Made by a program: the position numbers and the translations under genes
Assembly (NCBI GenBank): GCA_977030845.1
Contig: OZ365112.1
Coordinates: 6,200,001-6,264,000 of the forward strand
Length of the DNA stretch: 64,000 nucleotides
Direction: 5' to 3'
Source of the DNA: Fimbriosthenelais zetlandica
Taxonomy: Eukaryota
Notes under the pieces: model-generated
The model's database searches: none
What the model was told of the DNA's origin: nothing
The model's input: only the letters and a program-made list of their open reading frames with translations
Shown here: piece after piece, positions 11,801 through 25,600 of the stretch
How positions within the stretch are numbered: the stretch's first letter is position 1
Layout of the letters: every line of letters starts with the position of its first letter

Positions 11801-14800
11801 TTCAAAAGACTTGTTCATGACAAGTAGGCCTGAAACTCTTTTTCAGGCTGATGATTAATAAATCGACACTGAGGCATACTTAATAAGTCCACTTGGTCCC
11901 CACAATTAGCTCTGCTGTCCAGAAAGCAGAGCATTGTCTGATCAAAGATTGATCGCCATCCTACTTTGTTTTGAGAAAATTTGCCTCACATCGTCGACAA
12001 GGCCTTGGTTATTGAATACTGGTTATTTTTTGTGTAGTAGCATTTAGCAATTCACACTCAGATTGTACCCTCCTCGTCTGAGATCTTAGCTGCAGTATAA
12101 GTGTTTTTAGGACTAAATACCTTTGCATTAGTGCATAGGACTGTTATTGGTCATGTTATTTTTGCCTCTGATGGAGTAGTGGCCAAAAAGTAGAGAGAGC
12201 GGTCAGCCGGGTGGGTTTGTAGGGGCCCGCCAGTAGGAATATCGACCGTTTTGATCCTAATACGCTTCTACTTGGACACGGGTCACTTTCAGAGGACATG
12301 GGACTTACATTTGCTTCATCCCAATACCGGAGACAAGCTCGAACCTGCAAATGAAAAAATACAGGCGAGGGAAATCTAGCGAGTGACCTCTATTGGGGGG
12401 ACATCCGAGGGGACAGGGGCTTGATAAAGGCATTCTCGTGCATGTAACCATTCATTTACTGAAATTCGTACTTAAATTTACAAGTATTACGGAGCACAGT
12501 TCAACGTTCATAGATTTTATATCCTCATAACCATGCTTTGAAATGAGCAGATATTGAAATCTTCTGAAAGAGGTTATGTCAAGGGGTCTTCCAAATGGTG
12601 CTAGCTCCAAGCTCCTTACCAGTAGCCCCACGACACTGTACTAGATCGGCTACTGTCCCCAAGGGGGTGTTCCCAACGATGACTTCAGTTCCTTCGGTTT
12701 TCCTATAATTCGGCGATGTTCCTGCCGTTTGCCATGTATTGATTGACGTGGGAATGTCAGCTGGTACGCGACCAAGTGTAGGCCCCTGGGTGATACGAGG
12801 AACTAGATGTCCTATAGCTTCCATCCCAATCAATGGCCCTGCCCACCCCTCTCTCCCTTCACCTCTCCTCTTTTCCTGCTTCATTGGACCAGAAATATCA
12901 CTTATCCTCCCTCTTGGAATCTATCAAAGGTCGGGGCCTTTTTTAACTTAGGTTGTATATCACAATTTTCGTAGCTTTCATCTACTTTCATTCAATATTC
13001 ATCAGGATATATGAGCAAAAGCAATGGTTTCCAACATCAAGGCAGTTTCTGAGCCACCTCAGTGGAAGCTGGCATCACCAAACAAAGCATTGTTCAGGTT
13101 GAATAATTGCAGCGTATCAATCTGAAGTCCACCACATGTAATTAACTCCGGGTAACTGGGTTAAAGTTTATACAGAACCTAAGTAACTACATCTTAATGA
13201 AGCCTACATAAAGAACCTCGGCTGAACATGTACGTGTGCATCAAAAACCAATCCTCAGATAACTTAATTTCTCTCTTGCCGGGCTGGAGCACGGTGCAGG
13301 GCCCCGGCACCGCCAACGCAAATCTGATTTTCGGATCGATACAAACCCAATAAAGATGATAGACCCGCCTTTACATCTTGGCATTATTTCATTTACTATT
13401 TCTGGACCGGGAGATCGCCTGCTCATTCACACCTCATTGGGCCTGCCAAAATTAATGCCTGCCCAGCCCCATCAATAACTTTTTTGGGTCTGTACCTTTT
13501 GATAAAAGACGACAGAAAGGTTTTATTACGTTCTATTACCTAGCAATCAAACAAATGTCATGTAAAAGTCTCCATGTATAAAAAATATCAATGTTTCCAC
13601 TGATATAATTAATGAAGTGAGCCAAGTGTTATTTTAAAACCTACTTTCAGGCAACTGGAGCATGTCAAGGATCGATTCTAAACCTATCCTCAAAGTGCCT
13701 TTGCAGACCCAATTATGGTTCAAAAGCACCAGTTCAGAATCTTTTCATTGATTCGCAAAAGGGAAAAGAGCACACAATGATTATAACTTTGCAGGAATCT
13801 TCAAGTGGAGAGTTTCTATTGATCTCTATATATGAGCAGTGGAGTTTGTAAAAACTGTGGAAAGGAGCCTAACAGAGGCCGTACCCAAATAAATGACCAA
13901 GTGGCCAGGTCATGTCAGGAAACAGGAAGAGAGGTCGGGAACGCCAGAGGCTTGGAATGCCCGGCATGGGACTGGGTGACCAGCTGCCTATAGGACATGA
14001 TGGCAATAATCATCCGTCAGTTAGTATTCCACTTGTCGCTAAATCGATTCTTCTGTAACAGGGTTATACATCATCTCCCCCTTAGGCTCAATATTGGGGC
14101 ATTTATATGTAACTGTCTGCGCAGCTGGTGCAAGGTAATAGCTCAACGCTCCATACTTTCAATGGTTTACATAGACTGAAGGAGCAATGTCTCTTATGTA
14201 ATTGAGGGGGGAAATGCTTTCTCATGGGCATAAGTGTGGTCCATAAATAGGCTAATGCATCACAACATGATCCAGCAATTGCCTGGCATGCTGACGGTAT
14301 ATGCAATTGTGTTATAGATCAATAGTAACAGAGATTAAGCCTGGAAGTACAAAAGGTATCTCGCAACTTATACATTTCATGGGAAAACCTACAAATTCCC
14401 CATAAATAAAGTGGAGGTATATATTATTGATTTCAGGGATGATGGTTCCAGTTGGTTCCAGGAAGCCAAAGAGCAATTTAAAGCTTTGTAGCCTTTAAGC
14501 AGTGACATAAAACATACACCACTTTGAAGCCCAACTTGTAAGCAAAAGCTTGAATCGGGCCACTAACTTAACCCAAGTTTCTCAATAGCCGGGGCAATGG
14601 AGCCTGGAAATGAAGGGGAATTGGCTGGTTTGTGGCTAGGGTGCCAAGTACAGAAGGCCTATTGATTAGCGTATAAGGGCAGGGGAAGGCAACGTCCCAG
14701 TATAGGACAGGCAAGCGGTTGGGTGTGGTGGAAGGCCCCACCAACCTCCACCTCCACCAGCTGATCTCCCAAGGGTCAGCGTGTCCAGCAAAGCCACTTA

Positions 14801-17800
14801 ATGACCCCAGCCTGGCCGGCTAATATCCCCAGCAGCTTGTGGCCAACAGTTGCCATCGATTCCCTCCCAAACAAGCAGTGTATGCCACCAACGATATGTC
14901 TTTTTGTTCCGCTCACCATCTCTCACCACGTTTCATACTGAATTATTCATAGATTCTAAACTGCAGAATTGAATATATCTGCACACAAGAAAGGAAACTT
15001 ATAGGATATTAACTCTTGGCGCCCGATTTCCATTATATGTATTTTGCAGAAAAAAGGGCCTGTTATGATAGGAAGATTGAGGTTGAAATGGTTAATTTGC
15101 TCATTAGTGCATGGCGTTGGTTTGGCAGGTAACTTTTCATCTGAATGATCTCCTGTCTGTAGTTGTTCTTTAATTAACGAAGTACACAGACCACGTCACG
15201 ATTAACAAACCACATCTGTGTTTAACAGCACATGACGTATCAAACACCCAGCTACCCCGGGCACTTATTGAGATTAATACCTACAGCTATGTTAATTTCC
15301 CTTCAGCTATGATAAAGCATTTCATAAGACCTTAATCGAAAAGCTTAATTAGAACAAAGCCAAGCTTAATCAAAATAAAGCTTGTGAGTCGGATCATCCC
15401 TCACTAGAGCTCGTTGCCCTACAGGCAACATTGAGCTTAATTTACCATTCATTATCCAGAGACCGATATCTCCATGTATAGAAACGAATCATTTAAATTA
15501 ATGAAATCCTATACACCATCTTACTTTAAATCCTCAGCACTTGCCTATAGGGCCATCCGAAATTTCCCCGGTTTCTTCCAACAACACTTCTTGGCCACTT
15601 CACCAACTCAGTTCATTCATGCTATCTCAGCATCGTAATAAAGAGAGGCTGGAATAGATATGCGAGAGCACGGATAAGCAAGGCAGGCTCACCAGCTTGC
15701 ATCCACATACATCATCTCTTCAGGCGACCAGTGGCAAGATACCAACAATGAAATATGCCGCCGTCCTCTCTGCAAGAGTCCAAAGCTGCAGTCACCTTAG
15801 CAAACGCCTTGAATGGAGCACTTGGTCAGTGTTTGCTTTAGGTCTGCTAGCCTAAACTTCACCCATGTCCACGCTCTTGCCGTTGGGAAGAGAAGGCCCT
15901 CCAGGAAATGAGGTTGGACTCGAGGGGTATTTATTTTGTCTCGTATGATTTGTTACTTGTCGGGGGATTAGATCCCATTTTGGCCTCCCGAGAGCTGCTC
16001 TGTGAAATCGAAAAAAAGTCACAGCATATATGTATGTGGTGCATGTAAATATCTCTCCCTGGCAGCGACGAAAAAGTACATCAGCTTTAGCATCGCCGCC
16101 TGTGCTATGAATATATTCGACATAAATTTCAAATGAGTCATAAGAATGGTTCATAATTATGCATGGTGCTGACTACTCATATATATAGACACGTCTAAGG
16201 AATGAGGGAAAATTCAAGGAGGATACAAAATCATTTTTATGAAAAACAAAACCATTAAAAGATCACCTTTCCTGCTTCTGTTTGAGAAAAGTGAAATATG
16301 ATGTTCAAGAGGAGAAACGCCAGAAGGGCAAGGAGGATAAAAACAGGCAGATGTTTCCCACCTGCTTCCCTGTCCTAATAAGGCCGAGTAAGAGCTAAAT
16401 CCTCATCACCCACCTACAATTGTGTATATTCTAAAGTGCTTTGGTACTATTTTTCCTCGCGTATGCTCGGCTATATAGCAGACAGCGTTAAGACTGTTTA
16501 AATATTCCCAAGCCATGAAAGCAGGTGCACAACTCCTATATGTGAATCTAAATAAGAAAAACTGGGTTCCTAAAGATTCTTTTCTTCACATCCAATAATA
16601 TATTATTTATAAATTTTAATTTAGTAAAAGGCCTAGCTAGATGGCTTTAAGTCCAATATAGGGTCTGGAATTTCAAGAAAAGGCCTCAAGACATCTTCCT
16701 ATATTAAAGCTGTATAATCCTATGTCAGACAGGAATAGAAACACTGGAAACACAATCCCGAATCTGCTGAATCTCATGAAGAAAAATCTCATTCTGAGAA
16801 AAAATGTTATTCTGGTCCCCTTCTGGGTCCAATATGGCGCTGGGGACAAATGTCTGGCGTCCAGTGAAGGCGGTGTACTGGCTTTGAATTACAACCAAGG
16901 GAGAAAACATTTACCATTTAGTCATGGAATGGGCCAACCTTGACAATATGTATGCTTTTGATCTTCATCTAGAGTGTTTGCAATGGGCGGAGCTGTCAGG
17001 CGGACATGGGGCCTTCCACCCTGCTGGCCCTGGGCTGTCAGTCCTCCAGCAGGCTCCAATGGACTCTCGTGTTTCAATGAGCTTCTATCCTGCTTACCAC
17101 CTCCATAATAAAGCCCTGCAGGCGTAAGGGCCGTGACCCTATGGCAGCCTTTCTCCTCCCCAACCTCTCCCCCCGACCATAGTTCTGTCTCTAGCATACC
17201 CCATCCATACAAGCTACTGTCAGGTCCCAATCTAATCTACAGTCAGGAGGTCTCAGTGGCAATTGGAATTCAAGTAGCACTTCAAACTGCTACGTCTTAG
17301 CCCTACCACTGGATAAGGACCCCGGCAATATGGCTGAAGATGGGAAATGTGAAACAGTTATTTAGGTAGACGGAGGCAGGCTCAGTGGCTCACAGGGATA
17401 CAAGTTAATGTGAACATGGGATTTAATGTGAATAAATAACAGATCAAGTAACCCATAAGAAGCTATGAATAAGGCCAAATCACTACTGATTCTTTCCATT
17501 AAATATACCTTGTGAATAAGGAGTGCTGGCATGTTATCTCGCCTGACTCAAAAACTCCAGGGCTTGATTCTGTAGGCGTGTCCATTTACATAATGAAGAC
17601 TGTAAAGCGGTGGATTTTTCTGGATCAAATCTCAGCTCTAAATTATTTATCCTACGCATCTTTTCATGGAAATTTCTGTTCCAAGTGGCATGATTAATAA
17701 TGTCCTCAATCCTCCAAAAATATACAGTTGTCTTGTCAAATATGTATCAATGAATGTAAAGTATGTAAGTATTTACAGTAACCCTTATAGAAAGTATGAC

Positions 17801-19406
17801 TAGAGGTAATACATCACGTCTTGAGGGTTTACATGTTCCGATAGTGGGGCCCATATGTTGAGCTTCCCTTACATTACCATCATTAGTCCTAAGTGTTAAA
17901 TGGACTTGTTCTCTCTTAGGACTCATACATAACAACTGGATTTATGAGGTCATCTTGTCATCCACGTTTATATCCCTCAGTACGGGTCAAGTTTCCATCA
18001 TATGAGTAGTATGATCAAGTCATGTATCATTTATAATTAATACAACTAGCAGGATAATGTATCAGACAAGGCAGAGACTAAGAGAACAAACGTATACAGA
18101 TCATGTATGAGCAATAGGATAGGATGGTTGCTATGGTCCTATATATTATAAGACATCCTTCTGTACAGTAACTTCCTCCTTCAAAGACAGACACGTTAAA
18201 ATCCACCAAAAAAATAAGCCTAATTAGAGGAAGACGTCAGCAAAGATGTTTTCCTTTCTGGCTTACTCTGTCTTTCACCAAGTCTGGGCTTTGATTTCTT
18301 TTGGCTAAATAGACTTTACCTCGGATGACAAAGACAGGGTTGTTTTTCTCCATTGATTACAGAATTTGGAGGATGTGAGGGGGCTAACTGTAACTTAGTA
18401 GCCTTGCCACTTTAATGAACATGTCTGGGATGCAGGACACAACAACTACAGACACTGTCAGAATAAAGTGGGGAATTAGAGGGGCTACCTTGATTCTCTT
18501 CATTCTGATCTGACAGTGTCCATCATATGGAGGACAATTGACCACAGACTTATTGTTATCATTTGACATTTAAGTATATTGGTGGGGCACCTAGATTTCT
18601 CCTGTCTTTCAATAACAAATAAGCAACAACTGACAGAAGTAAATCTTATTACTTTCATAGCTCTTTTTACTGTCAAATTCTTTATAATCCGACAGATCAG
18701 AAACACTAGAAATAAATTCCACTACACATCACAGGCATTAAACACTTCCAAGATTAATTCAGCAAATGTGAGGACAACTTTCCTCTTTGACGTAAGTGGA
18801 AAATGTACAAGAGGCAAGATGACATTTAGGTTGAAAGAGAGTCAAGTGAGTGTATGACTGAATTCATCAGTAAAGTACTGCAACAATAAGGCTTGGAAAG
18901 GACACTCCTAATGACTTAAGTTACAGAGTTCTCACTGGGAAGCATAGGCCAAATGTCACTTTCACGGCACAATGTCTCGCCATAGATATTTAAAGGAGTT
19001 CTATGTGCATTCAATGCTAAATAAAAGCCTTTTAGCTCCTATACGTATGTTAGAGATTGCACCTGCGACTGGAATTTTATTGCAAGGTACATTCATACAA
19101 ATTATCTCTGAAGGCAAATGCAGACTCTTTTGAAGTCGGATTCCTGCCTCCTTCTTGAAGATTGGTGTTTATAATCTATTTCATCCATAGTTAAAATACA
19201 TGGTTATATAAAATTGGTCATTCCACTTCACAGATTGCTGAAGTGCTGCTGAATATCGTGTATACACTGCTGTAGAATTGCATCAATAACTATTCATATT
19301 ATTGTGAATGAGTCAAACCAGGCACAGGGGTTACTACACACTTCTGGTCCTGACCTTATCAAAGGTCTGCATATGAGCTCTGTGGTGTTAGAGAAGAGTC
19401 ATTTGA

Positions 19407-19697
19407 TTATTCAAGTCTGTAAGAGCCGTGTATACAAGCATCACGTCTGGGTCTGGCATGGGACAATGAGAGTAATGGGACAATGTCCTCAGGCATCATG
19501 GACAGGAGGAGGGGGTCTATATGGCCTCCAACCATACAAGAAATCCACCGCCACAGTAGCAGTAGGATGGATTCTTCTTTGTTAGTTTCTGTATCCCAGC
19601 AGAACCAGCACTTCCGGCTCGGAAGCCACTGGCTTGAAGTAAGATGGATACGACTGTACCAAGGCCACAAAGAAACCGCGAGACTCCAACTTTTCAT
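19407..19697 (-). pseudogene. Possible decayed L1/Tx1-clade ORF2 C-terminal (Cys-rich) remnant
   Basis: LWPWYSRIHLTSSQWLPSRKCWFCW...WRWISCMVGGHIDPLLL loosely resembles the WY..P..L...S..CWRC...FW...I.G..I..P..LL pattern of L1 ORF2. Judged by eye only. Confidence 0.3.
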
Positions 19698-22600
19698 ATT
19701 CAGAATGATCTATTTTTATTTTTCAATGCCAGTCCTATATTTAATTCATATCAATTGGCACAAGGAAAAGGCATTAAATAGTACGGCCTTTTCACCTCTT
19801 TTGAAATGAGCGACCTTGGATATTTCAATGTTCTGACAGCATCTTTCATGGGACAAGTTGTGCTGGGTGCAAATACGAACCAATGTCCATTATACAAAGC
19901 CCAAAGCTGTTCAACTGGGTCAAGCGGGCTCTAAATCGGATTTGACCAGACTTTGTGAGGGTGTTTATCAGCTGCCGCCGGCTGTACAATAGCAACTTCC
20001 TGTGGGGGTTAAAAATGGCTTGATTTAATGGAGTTCAAGAATTCCTCAAACATTTGCAGGAGCCTGAGGGAAATGAAGCAGGCATAAATGAAAGGAAGCG
20101 GAGGTGCTGCCACACAAGGCACGACTTACACCGAGCAAGGTGCTGTCCTTTGTATGAGTGGCTTTTTCTGCCAGAAAAAAATGACAGAAATTTGAACTGA
20201 TCGGAGATAACATGCAGCACATTGAGATTCATATGATGGATTTAATTATATTAAGCTGACTTTAAAGTTGTCACCTTAATTCCAGGGAGAACTATATGAA
20301 CTGGACCATGCACTCCTAGCCTAGATATGCATTGTAGAAACTGGTGTTCAGTCATGGGTTTTTGTGCATTGAGCTTGAGTGATACAGGCCTGATCAGACT
20401 GATAGACTGATATAAAACCATATCTGAATCTATTCCACAAAGCTCGACCCCATAACAATGAAAATCCAGTCGACGACCTGACTCTTTCTCTCACGTGTGA
20501 ACGTATCTTGATTTCCATTGGCCGTTCAATTACTTAGGTCTATGGCAATGCTTGTTGACCTTGTCAATCTGCCTGTTCCCGGACTGGGGTTGGATCAGGG
20601 GGCAGGGTTTTCATTATGAGCCGGACAAGTGTCAGCGGCACAGTCCAGCATCTTGACAGGCTGGGTGATTATGGCAGGCAGCAGGCATAACATCAGCTTC
20701 CTAATGCATGACGGGCATTGCATGATAGTGCCGGGATTGGCGAGTTGCCGGGTAGACAGTTAGGGCCATTTCCTTCCACAGGAGCAGCTTAATGTGTCTG
20801 CTGCTTGTCATGGTACATAATCACTGACGTATTGATATATTATAATTGATGGCATTATGATTATTGCTCATTTTAGCGTGACAATGTGTAAGGCTGCATG
20901 AGGCTTTGTCATCGTTACTACCATAGCATGTGTTTCCATTGCTCTGGTTATTGGACATTAATTCCCTCTTTAAGAAGTAAGAAAGTGAGTAAAGGCAGAC
21001 ATAGTCCAACCTCCTACATCAAATAGACGCACCATAAGAATGCCACCATCTAGAAGTTAGCTGATATTAGCATACTATAAGAAACACTGAGAAAGAATTG
21101 TGGAGGACAGCTGTAATTCCAATATATCAGGATCAGTAGTATATAGAAAGTGCCCATAAAGTGAGGCACGACCACAATGCTTCCAGATGCAAGTCTCTTT
21201 ATTGCATTCTAAGCACACCTTTTCGGAAGAAACGATCAAAGACGTTCAATACGCTGGCATAAGAATACCGGCTGAAGAATCATAAAATGCATAATAGGGC
21301 CATCAAAGAAGGGAAATCTGCTGGTGCAAAAGATTCAGCTGAGTGATGATCAACTGCCTGGGAACATCTATACCTCCATAAATTGTATCATTAACACGGG
21401 CCCGAGCTAATACCAGCCCATTCCTAGCTCCACCAGATAACGCAATGGCTATTCCCACTGCCTATAAGATGTACTTTATGGAGGGTGTAGTTGTATATCA
21501 CATCTTCTAACAGTCTTGGACCTAAAGCAATGTGACCCTGTGACTGATACTGGGGCTGAATCGAGGCAGTAAGCAGGTGTTATTGATGTGGCAGGCTTAA
21601 CCCTGGATCCAGGCAGTGTGGAGGGGTTGGTAGGTGGTGGCTGGAGGGGATGAGATTATCATACTTGTAATTAACAGTCTACAGGCCGGCTGGGTATTTG
21701 TCATAAGTGGTTGTAAATGGTGTGTGATATGGCTGGGTGATCATGATGAATGGTGAGGTGGTGGTTCAGGGTGGAGCTGGGCTGGCTTACTAACACATCT
21801 ATAGCACCAGGAAGGCTTTCTTCATCATTTGGCAAACTTACTTCAAAACAGGATTATTCTTTGCTTATGCTGTATCTTCAAAGGGCATTTCAAAAACAAA
21901 TCATGGAATCCCTGAAGAAACCCCATTAACTAAAGTTCTCTCTTTCCAGTTTCCTGTTCTCTGGCAGTTTTTTTAATGAACACTATCAAAAAAGAGCTAA
22001 TAGTGTTGTGTCTAGTGAAGGGGACTAAAAGCAATAAGCTTTAAAGAAGGGATCACGCTAATCGTGAATGGTAGACTAAGCCAATAGAGATCAATGCATT
22101 ATAAAGGCACTGGGGTGGAAATCAAAATAAACAGACACTACAAAAGTCAACAGACCACTAATGGGTGTAACATCCATCACGGCCAATTGCTGGCTTCTCA
22201 CTTTGATAACATTTTAAATCTTTCAATATTTGGCTCTGGCATTATAACCATGAAGGCCTGCGGCTGGTAAATGCATGGGACGTCGATCAAGAGTGCACAC
22301 TTCGAGTTAACCGAGTACACCCACACAATGTGCACTTAGTCGGCTATTCACGAGCAGTGAGAGGCAATTTCAGACCTATATGGGAGTCCCATAGGCCAGC
22401 ATTTGTCGGTGTGACAGGGTCGGTTGGACGTATCTCCCGCCTGAGTGCCAGGCCAGGTCCGTACATGCATGTCAAGCACATTAAACATCAAGCAGGGAAT
22501 GATAGGGAACTGCTCTCACAGCAGCCACACCATAGCCGTGTTCTCAACCCACCTACACATCCCCTGCATCCTAAATCCTGACCCCACACACCCATTCCAC

Positions 22601-25600
22601 CCGAGATAATGGCTCCCACGCCTCCTTTCAGATCCACGGGGCGAGACCAAGGGGCACTGGTGAGGGCAATTAAGTTCAGATGTAATTACAGCGGAATCGA
22701 TCCAGGGATTTAGGAGCCACTGTTTAGTTAGTCACCCTTTACTGGTGTAGTTTATGTGTCTACAGCTTCAAGGAGGGAAGGGGAAAGCAGTTAATCTAAA
22801 CATAATATACACATAGCACGTCTACTTAATAAAAGGCCATCAATTTTGTTGTGAATATTAAATATTTTGCTTTATTGCAGGAGAAAATCACTGCTCTGGG
22901 AGAAAACACATTTTGGCGTAAAATAATTCGTAAAGGGATCGGACAAATGGCGTTTTCTGGAAGATTATGTAAAGTTATGTTCAATGGGAATTGTTCTTCA
23001 GAATTGAACATTTGGGTCCTGATAAGAAAATGACAAAATGGACTGACGGCTTCACATATTCAGGACCAACCCTGACAGGACGGGAACACGCACATCAAAA
23101 AATGAACTTAATCTGCAATCATTCCCTCAGTGGGATGGGGGTATAATGAATAGCAGCTCCATCAACACTTATTGTCCTCTGAGCGACTCGGTGTATTAGG
23201 CTGAACGCGTGCAATTCACTCAACTTAGCATGTCATATCGGGGATGGATGGGTGGAGGATAGTCCGTATACGTCCAGGCAATATGCATGAACCTCAGGCT
23301 TTGAGCGTATGATGGATGGCCATGTATGTTAGGATTGATGTGTAGGCAACTGTCAGAAATATCTCAAGAACTGTGCTTTATCAAAAATTCTGGTTGAATG
23401 TCAATATTTTAGGACAGTTGAGGGCTTAGGGCCTTAATATTTAGGACAATCCTAGGTTTTATAGGGACTTGGAATCACAAGCCAAGTCTCGTGCTTCTAT
23501 TGGATTTTGAAAGTTAGCAATATAATCCAGGAGGAAGTAACTTTGCTTTGCGTATGATGCACAACAACTTCTAAATTTGTTATACTCAAATGCTGAAGAA
23601 AACAGGTTGTTTGCTTAAGTTGCTGATGTTAGAAATGTTCTGCTGAAATTGCATTATATACAGGGACACCTAAGCAAACCGATGATATTGCTTATATGAT
23701 CATAACACATATGAATTGGGGGCTTTTCTGAATGGTTTCACATCTATATGCACGCATTAGCTGCTCAAGCTCCAAATATAAGGAATATCAATAATATAAA
23801 TACACATTTGTAACTATCACATTATAGGCCATTTCTATTTCAGCTATACCTGGCTCATGACTCACATGGGATAAGTCCTGTGAATGCTTTCTGCCAGATT
23901 CATATCTTCAGCTTAGGCGTTCACTATATAGCGCCCAAATGTTATTCCTATATCAATTTATTCTCACATCAAGCCAGATAGAAAAAAAATCAAATGTAAC
24001 AAAGCACCGTCACAATCTCTTGATGCATTGCTATTTCCTTTGCCATGATATTGCAGATATGCTTAATTTTATGACATTGGCATAGCATCCATTTTATTAC
24101 CTAAAGATTTATTTCTGTCCTTATTTGCGCGTTTTTATTGGTCAAGGCAGCTGAGAGGGGTATGGATCCCATCGTTCTTACACAGGGCCTATCTGTGCAG
24201 AACATGTTCAGATAAATATTCATCTATCATCCTCCCCGACCAAAATGGCTGTGAACTGCTCAAAAAAGACTGATTCGCACCGTAACTCTTATCCAATATT
24301 ATTGCCATCAATTACCTTAATGAGTCAGCCTTTATTATCTTACAACTTGCGTCCGATCTGTATTTATTACAGATGAGCGATAAGGATCAGTATTTTGATG
24401 GTCCCATGCATGGACCCAAGCTGAGCCAGAAGTGGTAATCTGCACAAAATTAGTTACCCCCTACAAGCATGGTGAATTAATGTCACTATACTATGTAGTA
24501 TTCATTTGGAAAAAAGTAATTTTTCACTGAACATATATGTCTTCCCTCATGAAATATTGTATTAATTACTTGATTGATTGCTTAAAGCATTTCTTGTATA
24601 TATTACACAGATGTTTGTCAATGAAATAACTAGTCTTGCTTGAGAGGAGTGTTGAGTAGCCTATTATCGCCCAGCAGCTGAACCGGAAGCTGTTGTATTC
24701 TCACCGTTCACGAGATCTAAATTACAGACATATATATAACAAGGATCATATTGCAATATTAGCAAATTGTCATGTTAGAGAAAGGGATGTTAAGGTTCTG
24801 CATAATGATTATGGCCTCAGAAGGAACATCAGAACATATGGTCTACAGAACTGAGGTTCATTCCCCTCATCAACAAAGCTATAGAAGGGTCTGGTTGGAG
24901 GAGGGGGCAGGGGGGACTGCCTCAATAATATGACATGGGTGTCATACAAGATGACATCCAATGACTACATGTATGTATATATATAATATACATCCATTGG
25001 ACCCACCATCATTATGTGGTGACAATGAGGATCTGGTTTCACTGTTCCATCCGCTATAGGCTATAATTTGCCAAGAGAGTATACATTCTATTCCCACTGT
25101 GATTATATAGGATTATCAGAATTCCAATCACAATTCATTAGAATATCACAATATCAGCGTGCTGAACTTATAGGTGAATACTATTTTTCCTATGTTAATC
25201 AGTAATAATAATTTAATTTAATCATTTAATGGAGCATGCTCAGCCCGAAGTACCTGACGATATGTAAAATCTATTGTAAATTCAAGTGATATCCAAAGTG
25301 TATCAAGATACACATGGAAAAGGTACAAATCTGAGCTTGAGAGCGTGAGGGGTTGGGGCGAGGTTCTTCTGGTTTCAACAACTCCTTATAGGTAACCCTA
25401 GCCCGAAGTGGAGGAGATGGGGGAAGTGGAGGAGCAGTGAAGAAGCAGAGATAGTCACGTCAACCCCAGTACTGGTCATTAGGATGGACAGTGTAGCCAC
25501 TTACTTCTAACCCTAGGTCAGCACTAGCTCAAAACTGTCTCATGACTGCCTCCTGCCAATTGAAAAACTCCTCCAAAATGAAATTAAACCGTGACAACTT

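Noticed and set aside
14622-14660. Retroviral env-like WLVCG motif
   Set aside because: Five residues followed by a stop, with no other env motifs, LTR or PBS.
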